Positions 17,747-25,095 of a stretch of 50,815 nt of DNA are shown in pieces; the first letter of the stretch is position 1; each line of letters opens with the position of its first letter. Origin of the DNA: a virus (taxonomy: Duplodnaviria; Heunggongvirae; Uroviricota; Caudoviricetes); the IMG/VR virus record IMGVR_UViG_3300033072_001087, positions 1 through 50,815 of that record. One strand, given 5' to 3'. Under the pieces are notes generated by a model that saw only the letters and a program-made list of their open reading frames with translations, was not told where the DNA came from and searched no databases. A program made the translations under genes and the position numbers.

Positions 17747-18130
17747 ATGGGCAAAGTGTTTGAAGACAGAACGGTATTTTGTACAGGCGCTTTTGGGTTT
17801 GAGTTTCGGATTGATAAAAACATCGCCGATCGTATCACGGCTTCTTTTAGTTTTGGCGACCGCATTAATATCGCAATGAGACGCGACTACGGATACGATA
17901 TGCGCATTATTAATATGTATCCTAAAGCCACAAATGTCTTGGTTCTAGTTTTTCTTCTCGGCTGGTTGGAGGTTCGTTTTTGTTACTCAAGGTATATCGC
18001 CGCAAGCGCGGTTAAGTCAATAATGAGAGAGCTTGGGGGTCTTAATGTTAAAGAGATTCATGATCCAGAAGGTTTTACTGAAGATGACAGACAAAGGCAA
18101 GGACAAATCCGACATCTTTTGGGTTTGTGA
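17747..18130 (+). CDS. hypothetical protein
   Basis: Start trimmed to MGKVF, after the upstream stop. Confidence 0.55.
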   Translation: MGKVFEDRTVFCTGAFGFEFRIDKNIADRITASFSFGDRINIAMRRDYGYDMRIINMYPKATNVLVLVFLLGWLEVRFCYSRYIAASAVKSIMRELGGLNVKEIHDPEGFTEDDRQRQGQIRHLLGL

Positions 18131-18143
18131 ACAGCATTTGAAT

Positions 18144-18215
18144 GGCGGCATAGCTCAACGGTAGAGTCCCGGTCTTACATACCGGACGTTGTAGGTTCGA
18201 CTCCTACTGCTGTCA
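18144..18215 (+). tRNA. tRNA-Val(TAC)
   Basis: ccggt-ctTACat-accgg. Confidence 0.9.
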
Positions 18216-18427
18216 CTAGCAGGTAACGCGGAATACGCGACGGCGTGTTTCCCACCGGCTCCGTACCAGACTCTCGCGGTTACGTCGAGTTTCCCTTGTG
18301 CATTCATTGGTGAGAATGCTCCGCGTCGGCACATGCGTTAAGTCGCCAACCGTGCGCTGGATCGCGCCGTCTTTACCGCTGCAGACGATATTCCGCAGTG
18401 ATTCTGGGAAGCGACGGCTTCCCACTC

Positions 18428-18500
18428 GCGCTTGGGGTGTGACGGCAAGCACACGAAGCTACGGACTTCGAGGCAGCAGGTTCGACTCCTGCCAAGCGCA
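18428..18500 (+). tRNA. tRNA-Arg(ACG)
   Basis: Perfect acceptor gcgcttg/caagcgc; cgaag-ctACGga-cttcg; G8 instead of U8. Confidence 0.8.
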
Positions 18501-18530
18501 TGTGTACGCACAAACACAAGGAGAGTAAAG

Positions 18531-18956
18531 ATGCAACTGCAAGACAACTATGCTAATAACACGGGTCAAATTAACGCTCATTCAGTCGAAGGCGAAACGC
18601 TGAAGGAATCATTTCTGAAAGACGCCTTGAGCGTGGCACGGGCAATTGCGCGCGCGTTGAAAGCGGATGGCTGGGACTCGAAGGCGCACATCAATCGAGC
18701 AGGAATTGCCGTGTCTGGCGAGGTCTACTGCGACCTGATTCCGCCGTCTGGCGAGTATCAGTTTTTGCTGGAGATCGGCTCATCGGCGCTGCGCTTCGAT
18801 GAGCATGTGCGCAAGAATGATGGTGTGCTGATGATGCTGCAGCGGCGCACTCGCGATGAGCGCCGTCAAATCGTCGGCGCGAACATCTATCTGGATCCGT
18901 CGAAGGATTCACAGAAGCTCGCGGCGGAAATTTATCTGATCGCGAAGAGCAGCTAG
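18531..18956 (+). CDS. hypothetical protein
   Basis: AAGGAG SD before the ATG at 18531. Confidence 0.7.
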   Translation: MQLQDNYANNTGQINAHSVEGETLKESFLKDALSVARAIARALKADGWDSKAHINRAGIAVSGEVYCDLIPPSGEYQFLLEIGSSALRFDEHVRKNDGVLMMLQRRTRDERRQIVGANIYLDPSKDSQKLAAEIYLIAKSS

Positions 18957-18963
18957 GTTATAC

Positions 18964-19041
18964 GGTGGTCGTAGCATAAAATAGGAATAATGCCCCCGGC
19001 TGTGGACCGGGTGAATGAGGGTTCAAGCCCCTTCGACCACA
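18964..19041 (+). tRNA. tRNA-His(GTG)
   Basis: cccgg-ctGTGga-ccggg; encoded G-1 but A73. Confidence 0.85.
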
Positions 19042-19189
19042 CTGAGAAGACGCGGAAAAATAATACTGGCGCGCAGGATTTTCCGTCCGCGTCTTCTCTT
19101 ATGCGTCCATCGGCTAAAGGCAGGCCGTCATGTAGTACGCGTGGCTTTGGACCACGAGGACGAGGGGCGGCACCTTGATGCGGAGCTAT

Positions 19190-19262
19190 GGAACGGAACT
19201 CCAATGGATGGGGACTCGGCTGTAACCCGACGCATGTGTAGGTTCGACTCCTACCCGTTCCA
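19190..19262 (+). tRNA. tRNA-Tyr(GTA), short variable loop
   Basis: ggaacgg/ccgttcc acceptor; ctGTAac; A8. Confidence 0.8.
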
Positions 19263-19280
19263 CAAACGAAAGGGGATACA

Positions 19281-20090
19281 ATGGTAATTCCAGACTACGA
19301 TCCTACATTGTCAACGGTTGATCGCGGACTTGGCGCGTATAACATCATTCTCGCCTATCGGGGCAGTGTAGCACACGGGATGTATATTCCGAACACGGAT
19401 CCGCACAGCGTCGATGATATAGATCTCATTGGCGTTGTTATTCCGCCGATCGATCATTATTTCGGGCTGCGCCATTACGCAAACGATGGCACAAAAGAGA
19501 TCAAGCAGGGCAAGTGGGATGTTGTCATTTACGAAGCACGCAAGGCTGTGCGGCTGTTAAGCAAGGGCAACCCCAACATCCTGTCGCTTTTGTGGTCGGA
19601 CGCCGAGCATTACATCAACGTTTCTCGCGAGGGGCAGATGCTTATCGACTCGCGCCTCTTGTTTCTGACCAACGAGATCAGCGGCTCGTTCTACGGCTAT
19701 GCGCGTGCGCAGATGCACAAGATGGAACATGGAGCCTATAATGGCTTCATGGGCGAGAAACGTAAACAACTGGTCGATAAGTTCGGCTATGACTGTAAGA
19801 ACGCGAGTCATCTGATTCGTCTGTTACGCATGGGCGCTGAAGCGCTGGAGGCAGGCGAACTGAATGTCAACCGCGCTAACATTGACGCTCAAGAACTACT
19901 GGCAATTAAGACCGGGCAGTATACCCTTGAGCAGGTTAAGGCGATGGCAAGCGATCTGTTTGTTCGGTTGGAACGCGCGCGTAAAGTCAGCGTGCTGCCG
20001 AATAAGCCGGATGCGCGGATGATCGATGATCTACTCACCGAAATGATCGCGGCGCGAATGCGCTATTATGCTCAAGTCGGAGTCGAATGA
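19281..20090 (+). CDS. Pol-beta-superfamily nucleotidyltransferase, RlaP/YcgL-like
   Basis: YRGSVAHG...SVDDIDLIGV, KGNPNILSLL, GYDCKNASHLIRLL. Confidence 0.82.
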   Translation: MVIPDYDPTLSTVDRGLGAYNIILAYRGSVAHGMYIPNTDPHSVDDIDLIGVVIPPIDHYFGLRHYANDGTKEIKQGKWDVVIYEARKAVRLLSKGNPNILSLLWSDAEHYINVSREGQMLIDSRLLFLTNEISGSFYGYARAQMHKMEHGAYNGFMGEKRKQLVDKFGYDCKNASHLIRLLRMGAEALEAGELNVNRANIDAQELLAIKTGQYTLEQVKAMASDLFVRLERARKVSVLPNKPDARMIDDLLTEMIAARMRYYAQVGVE

Positions 20091-20458
20091 TGGCCGATCT
20101 CAAGATGGTACTCCATTGGGAAAAGCTACCGGAATATTTTCATGAGGTAAAACATTTCCAAGACTTGATCGACGTGCTGTCGATTCATTCGACTTATACG
20201 GCGTCACTGATCAGCACCGCAACCGGCTGCAAAGAGCATGAGGCAGAAGCGGTTCTGAAATACATGACGGACGAAGGGTTGACACGGCATTACTGGACGG
20301 TTGCGCATGTTCTGTGGCGCAGCGCGCAGCAAATCGTTTGTCGAAAACAGCCGTTATTTCCGCTTAAGTACAAGGGATATGACGGCAAGACTCGGCTGCT
20401 GCAGCGCAAAGATGCGATGATCACAGATACCTATGATTTGGTTCAAGCTAAGCCTTGA
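20087..20458 (+). CDS. hypothetical protein
   Basis: Coupled ORF. Confidence 0.6.
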   Translation: MMADLKMVLHWEKLPEYFHEVKHFQDLIDVLSIHSTYTASLISTATGCKEHEAEAVLKYMTDEGLTRHYWTVAHVLWRSAQQIVCRKQPLFPLKYKGYDGKTRLLQRKDAMITDTYDLVQAKP

Positions 20459-20483
20459 CGACGGTTGTAGGGCGTGATACAAT
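20455..20483 (+). promoter_or_regulatory. promoter for the Y-like RNA array
   Basis: TTGACG-17-TACAAT with TG extension, about 10 nt before Y1. Confidence 0.75.
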
Positions 20484-20492
20484 AACTTTCAT

Positions 20493-20620
20493 GGTGTGGG
20501 GCGCGCAGATCGGGTTATCTGATTAGTTCGACTCTAATCGCCCCTAGTTGAGGGGCGACGCCGCGAGGCGCGGCAAACCGTCTATATGGCGGCGATCCGG
20601 TTTGGTTTTTTATCCACGCC
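20493..20620 (+). ncRNA. Y-RNA-like element Y1
   Basis: Shared scaffold; cargo begins with a T-arm (gattag-TTCGACT-ctaatc) and a closed stem gcccct/aggggc. Confidence 0.75.
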
Positions 20621-20634
20621 AGTGTTTGGAAACA

Positions 20635-20769
20635 ATAGCGGGGCGCACGAGGTTCGGTTATCGACTTGTAATCGGGATGTCATGGGTTCGAGTCCCATTC
20701 ATCGCCAAAAGCGGTGATAGCTCAGTGGATAGAGCGCCAAAAACACCGATCTCAATTTTTATCCGCTAT
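20635..20769 (+). ncRNA. Y-RNA-like element Y2 (permuted tRNA-Thr-like)
   Basis: Scaffold plus anticodon arm (ctTGTaa), T-arm, loop-closed acceptor and D-arm, in that order. Confidence 0.85.
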
Positions 20770-20785
20770 ATTGCAACGCTTTTAG

Positions 20786-20928
20786 AGGCGGGGCGCAGTG
20801 TGTCGGTTATCACATACTTGTAAATATGAGGTTGCGGGTTCGAGTCCCGTCACGGTTGAGCCAGTAATGGGGTAGCCGTGTAGCTCAATTGGTAGAGAAA
20901 CTACCCGACGCGCATTTATTATCCGCCT
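20786..20928 (+). ncRNA. Y-RNA-like element Y3 (permuted tRNA-Thr-like)
   Basis: Scaffold plus cttgtaa loop, T-arm, acceptor cacggtt/agccgtg and D-arm. Confidence 0.85.
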
Positions 20929-20930
20929 GT

Positions 20931-21001
20931 GGAGACGTGGTGCAGCGGCAGCACGACACCTTGTCACGGTGTAAGCACGGGTTCGATTCCCGTCGTTTCC
21001 G
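20931..21001 (+). tRNA. tRNA-Asp(GTC)
   Basis: acacc-ttGTCac-ggtgt; G73. Confidence 0.9.
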
Positions 21002-21031
21002 ATGGTTGTACGCACATACACAAGGGAAAGA

Positions 21032-21553
21032 ATGATGAATGGCAAGGCAGAATTGCAGGCAACGCTAGAAACGATCGCGCTGCTGCGCGAAGTCAACGTG
21101 AGCAATGCGGTCCGCGCCGACGTTTTGAAGCAGTTGGGTTTTGAATGTCGCATGAAACCCGGAATGGCATTTGCGCGTAAAGCGCAGGTACAGGCGGTTG
21201 CGGAGTCGAAACCCGGCGATCTGAACTGCGGCGCGGATGACTACCAAGTGACCGCCAACGGCGCTGGCTGGTGGCCGGTCGCAAAGCGGATCTTCGAGCT
21301 GTCGTATGCGGAAATCACCGATTACGAAGCGGTGGACACGCAGACGGCGATGCTGTTGCAAGATGGATGGCGTCCGTTCCAGAAGGTCGGGCGGCAGTGG
21401 ATGCGGCAGTATCACGGCGAGACGGTCGAGATCGAGACGCTGGAAGGCCCGCGTATGATCCGTGACAACGATTGGTTGTGCGTCGGCGTGGTGAACGAGG
21501 TTTATCCGATCGAGCATGAGCGCATCAGCGCCTACGTGCCGGTCGAAAAGTAG
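21032..21553 (+). CDS. PGDYG-like phage protein with an internal duplication
   Basis: IETLEG...NDWLCVGVVNEVYPI, plus an earlier DYQV...GWWPVAKRIFELSY. Confidence 0.55.
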   Translation: MMNGKAELQATLETIALLREVNVSNAVRADVLKQLGFECRMKPGMAFARKAQVQAVAESKPGDLNCGADDYQVTANGAGWWPVAKRIFELSYAEITDYEAVDTQTAMLLQDGWRPFQKVGRQWMRQYHGETVEIETLEGPRMIRDNDWLCVGVVNEVYPIEHERISAYVPVEK

Positions 21554-21560
21554 GGCAAGC

Positions 21561-21690
21561 GCGCGGGGCGCTGAGAGTCGGTTATCGCATTCGGAGCGGG
21601 TGGGGCAGGTTTGAGTCCTGCTGCCTGTACATGCAGGCATGGTGTAGGGACAGCACACCTAAAACACCGACATTCACTTTTTATCCGCGC
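21561..21690 (+). ncRNA. Y-RNA-like element Y4 (YrlA-like topology)
   Basis: Scaffold plus T-arm gcagg-tttgagt-cctgc, closed acceptor tgcctg/caggca and D-arm. Confidence 0.82.
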
Positions 21691-21705
21691 TGTTTATCGA
21701 TAGGC

Positions 21706-21799
21706 ATGACGGGGCGCATGTTACTGGTTATCAGGTTGAAAACTCTCCCAAAGGGTTCAGCGGTTCAAATCCGCGCCAGTACAATTTTTTATTCGTCAT
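21706..21799 (+). ncRNA. Y-RNA-like element Y5
   Basis: Scaffold plus a ttgaaaa loop, ccc-aaa-ggg hairpin and T-arm gcgg-ttcaaat-ccgc. Confidence 0.78.
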
Positions 21800-21817
21800 A
21801 ATCGAATACGAGCTATA

Positions 21818-21906
21818 CAGGTGGGGCGCGGCGCACGGGTTATCAAACAAAGACCATCCAAGTCTTCCGGTTAGAATACAATACCGGCGCATCCTTTATC
21901 CACCTG
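21818..21906 (+). ncRNA. Y-RNA-like element Y6
   Basis: Scaffold plus hairpin aagac-catccaa-gtctt. Confidence 0.75.
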
Positions 21907-21922
21907 CTTGAAGAAAAATGCG

Positions 21923-21986
21923 CGGCGGGGCGCTAGAGTTCGGTTATCTATTGCGAACAGATCCGACTCGACATTTATATCCGCCG
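21923..21986 (+). ncRNA. Y-RNA-like element Y7 (minimal)
   Basis: Scaffold plus a single hairpin with a ttGCGaa loop. Confidence 0.75.
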
Positions 21987-22000
21987 TCTTTTTACAAGCG

Positions 22001-22025
22001 AAGCGCCGCATGGCGCTTTTGTTTT
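22001..22025 (+). terminator. intrinsic terminator between the Y array and the Ro60 gene
   Basis: aagcgcc-gcat-ggcgctt followed by ttgtttt. Confidence 0.65.
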
Positions 22026-22047
22026 ATCTACCGAAGGGAGCAACACT

Positions 22048-23739
22048 ATGCCACGCAAGAAAACGACTTACGGTGGGGCGTTCAGCACGGGAATTCCGCA
22101 GACTCCACAAAACCAGCCAATTCCGGGTCGCGAGAGCGAAATGGAACAAATGGCGTCGGGAGGCTATGGGTTTAAGCTGGAAGACGAACAACGGCTTATG
22201 CGCTTTTTGGTGCTGGGGACGGAAGGCGGCGGATACTACGAAGATGAAGTGACGCTGACCAAGCAAAACGTTGCGGTCTTGACGCGCTTTATCAAGCAGT
22301 CGCCGGAGCGGTTCGTACCGATTTTAATGGATGTGCGTCGGCGCAAACTTGCGCTCAAACAGTCGCCGGTGATTTTCGCGTTGGCGGTCGCCACAACGTT
22401 CCAAGCGACGCGTCGTGCCGCGTTGGATGCTGTTTCCGACATTTGTCAGAACGCATCGCAGTTGTTCGAGTTTTATGCCGCCCTGAAAGACATCGGCGGG
22501 GATAAGAGCAATCGTTCGCTGCGGCGCACGCTGGCGCGGTGGTACGAAGGCAAGGACGCGCGATCGATCGTTTATCAGGCGATCAAGTATCGTAACCGCA
22601 ATGGCGTGAGCCACGCGGATATGATTCGCATTGCGCATCCTCATTCCGCAGATGCGCAAGTCAACGACGTACTGGCGTGGGTCATCGATCGCGCGACAAA
22701 CACGGACGAAGCGGCACTTCAGCGGATGACGGTTTTGCAGCGCGAAATGGCGAAGTCACGGCGCGGACAAGCCCACGCGCAAGCTGAACGCGCACTGCGC
22801 GACAATGAACAATTGTTCGCGTTTGAAGGACTGCAAGCTGCGCAAAACGCGAAAGAAGCGGCAATCCTGATCAAGCGTTATAACCTGCCGCGCGAGGCGG
22901 TGCCAACACAGTTCTTGAATGACCGCGACGTATGGGCTGCACTAGCAGAGAACATGCCATATGAAGCGCTGGTGAGAAACTTGAACAAGATGACTGCGGT
23001 CGGGCTGATCGATCCGTTTCGACGTGACGAATGGCTGAAGCGGCTGACGAATAAGGAATTGATCGTCAAGTCGCGCATTCATCCGCTGCGCCTGTTGATT
23101 GCCGCCAAGCAGTACGGAGTCGGGCACGGCGATAAAGGGTCGCTGACGTGGACTCCGGTACAGAGTGTGATGGCGGGACTGGACGAGGCGTTTGCGATTG
23201 CGATGACACATAATATCGAGCCGATTCAGGAGAACGTCGTCGTTGCCATCGACGTGTCCGGCTCAATGCGATGGGCGAGCGTGAGCGGCATCGACAACTT
23301 GCTGTCTGCGGAAGCGGCTGCGGTAACGGCTGCGATTTACGCGCGCGCCAATCCGCATACGGTTGTGATCGGCGTCGATACACGCATTCACGATTTGCCG
23401 ATTTCGTCGGTCACGTCGATCGCTGAAGCCTTCAAGATCGCCAATAGCTATGGCGGAGGCGGGACCGATCTCGGCGAGGCGTTCCGTTATGTCAACAGCA
23501 AGCTGCCGCAGGCGGACGGCGTGCTGATGATCACGGACAACGAGAGCTGGCGTGGGCGCGAACACACAGCACAAGCAAAGGCGCGCAAGAGCGGGAAACC
23601 GCTGCGCTGGGTGAATGTGGCGACGAGCGCCAACCGTGCATCGGTGGTCGATCCGAATGATCGGGATAGTCTAAGCCTGTGCGGATTTAGCGCAGATGTC
23701 ATGACTATCTCTAACCTGTTTTTCTCGCATCAAATCTAA
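22048..23739 (+). CDS. rsr: Ro60/TROVE-domain RNA-binding protein (TROVE + vWA)
   Basis: GGYGF...RLMRFLVLGTEGGGYY, KYRNRNGVSHADMIR, MPYEALVRNL, SRIHPL, MIDAS motif DVSGSM, GGTD, ITDNES. Confidence 0.95.
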   Translation: MPRKKTTYGGAFSTGIPQTPQNQPIPGRESEMEQMASGGYGFKLEDEQRLMRFLVLGTEGGGYYEDEVTLTKQNVAVLTRFIKQSPERFVPILMDVRRRKLALKQSPVIFALAVATTFQATRRAALDAVSDICQNASQLFEFYAALKDIGGDKSNRSLRRTLARWYEGKDARSIVYQAIKYRNRNGVSHADMIRIAHPHSADAQVNDVLAWVIDRATNTDEAALQRMTVLQREMAKSRRGQAHAQAERALRDNEQLFAFEGLQAAQNAKEAAILIKRYNLPREAVPTQFLNDRDVWAALAENMPYEALVRNLNKMTAVGLIDPFRRDEWLKRLTNKELIVKSRIHPLRLLIAAKQYGVGHGDKGSLTWTPVQSVMAGLDEAFAIAMTHNIEPIQENVVVAIDVSGSMRWASVSGIDNLLSAEAAAVTAAIYARANPHTVVIGVDTRIHDLPISSVTSIAEAFKIANSYGGGGTDLGEAFRYVNSKLPQADGVLMITDNESWRGREHTAQAKARKSGKPLRWVNVATSANRASVVDPNDRDSLSLCGFSADVMTISNLFFSHQI

Positions 23740-23740
23740 C

Positions 23741-23769
23741 AGAAGCCCGGAGCATTGTTCCGGGCTTCT
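23741..23769 (+). terminator. hairpin after Ro60
   Basis: agaagcccgg/ccgggcttct; weak U-tract. Confidence 0.5.
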
Positions 23770-23815
23770 CGATTTACACTCACATGGCATAGCTACGAAA
23801 TAGGGGAGTAAAAGC

Positions 23816-24652
23816 ATGGGGCGTGAAATCAAGCGTGTTCCACTGGACTTTGATTATCCAATCGGCAAGGTTTGGATCGGATTCCTGAATCCGTTTTATA
23901 CGGCAACGAAATGTACGCATTGCGACGGTAGTGGCTACAGTCCACAAGCCCAAAATCTAGCAAACCAATGGTACGGATATACTTCGTTTGATCCGGCGGA
24001 AACGGGGTCAGTACCGCTTACAGTTGATACGCCTGTTGTTCGCGCTTTCGCTGAACGTAACGTGAGTAGTTCGCCCAAATACTACGGGACTGGCGAACAC
24101 GCGATTGTTCGTGAGGCGAAACGACTTATTGGTATGTGGAACAAAATGTGGAGCCATCATCTCGAACAAGCTGATGTTGACGCATTGATCGAAAATGGAC
24201 GCCTATACGACTTCAAGCGGGCTGGTATTGAACACCCGACTGCGGCGCAAGTCAACGAGTGGTCAATCGGAGGGTTTGGTCATGATTCGATTAACAGTTG
24301 GGTTTGCATTAAGGCTAAATGTATCCGTCTTGTGGTTCCGCATACATGCCAGTATTGTGAAGGCTCTGGCGAGTCGTGGGGTAGCAACGCAGAAAAGGCA
24401 TTTGCTGACGCTTGGGAAAAGATCGAGCCACCAATAGGCGACGGGTGGCAGCTATGGGAAACCGTGACCGAAGGATCGGCTGTTTCCCCTGTATTCTCTA
24501 CGCATGACGAGCTGATAACATGGATGTCTGAGAACGGATACAGTATCGAAGGCGCGCGCGCTTTTGTTGAAGGCGGTGGTTGGTCCCCATCTTTTGTCAT
24601 TGAAAATGGCGAAATCAAATCCGGCGTTGATGCTATGGGGGAGAAGAGATAG
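23816..24652 (+). CDS. conserved phage protein with CxxCxGxG zinc motifs
   Basis: CTHCDGSG, CQYCEGSG, GWQLWETVTEGS.VSPVF. Confidence 0.7.
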   Translation: MGREIKRVPLDFDYPIGKVWIGFLNPFYTATKCTHCDGSGYSPQAQNLANQWYGYTSFDPAETGSVPLTVDTPVVRAFAERNVSSSPKYYGTGEHAIVREAKRLIGMWNKMWSHHLEQADVDALIENGRLYDFKRAGIEHPTAAQVNEWSIGGFGHDSINSWVCIKAKCIRLVVPHTCQYCEGSGESWGSNAEKAFADAWEKIEPPIGDGWQLWETVTEGSAVSPVFSTHDELITWMSENGYSIEGARAFVEGGGWSPSFVIENGEIKSGVDAMGEKR

Positions 24653-24675
24653 GGTGATGGGTGGAATAAATAGTC

Positions 24676-24882
24676 ATGAGCGATCACATTTTGCCGTTTA
24701 CACAGCAACCCGATCCGTTATCCAGACCGCTGCACATTACAACAAAGCTGCCGGATTACGTTGTTGTGCGCGAGGGGGATCGGATAACGCTCGATGTTCT
24801 TGGTGAAAAAGTTGTGTGCGTTGTGACGAGATACAGTGTCGCCACCGGGTTTGTCACACTGGAAGAGGTTGGCGCGGAATGA
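24676..24882 (+). CDS. hypothetical protein
   Basis: ORF. Confidence 0.5.
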   Translation: MSDHILPFTQQPDPLSRPLHITTKLPDYVVVREGDRITLDVLGEKVVCVVTRYSVATGFVTLEEVGAE

Positions 24883-25058
24883 ACGGGATACCTATCAAAG
24901 AGGTTTTGCGGCTGTTGCGACAAGCGGAACGGGCAAGCGAGGAAAACGATCTGGCGCAGATCGACTCAATCAACGCGGCGCTTGAGAAAATCGGTTACAG
25001 CGTCGTAGTCAAGGATGGCGAAGCGTACTTGAAGCAATCCTACAACGGCACGGGTTAA
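24879..25058 (+). CDS. hypothetical protein
   Basis: ATGA-coupled start, MNGIPIKE. Confidence 0.5.
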   Translation: MNGIPIKEVLRLLRQAERASEENDLAQIDSINAALEKIGYSVVVKDGEAYLKQSYNGTG

Positions 25059-25095
25059 TAGAAGGTGTATTGCGCAAGGACGAGGGAAGTACACA

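Noticed and set aside
20548-21658. ORF-track entries 20548..20823, 20782..21153, 20929..21144 and 21065..21658
   Set aside because: They overlap the structured RNAs or tRNA-Asp, or lie antisense to a better ORF, and have no SD or recognisable motifs.
20493-21986. Y-like repeats as a CRISPR array
   Set aside because: Conserved blocks are only about 7 nt, the ends of each unit pair with each other, inserts are structured and range from about 14 to 90 nt, and no cas genes are present.
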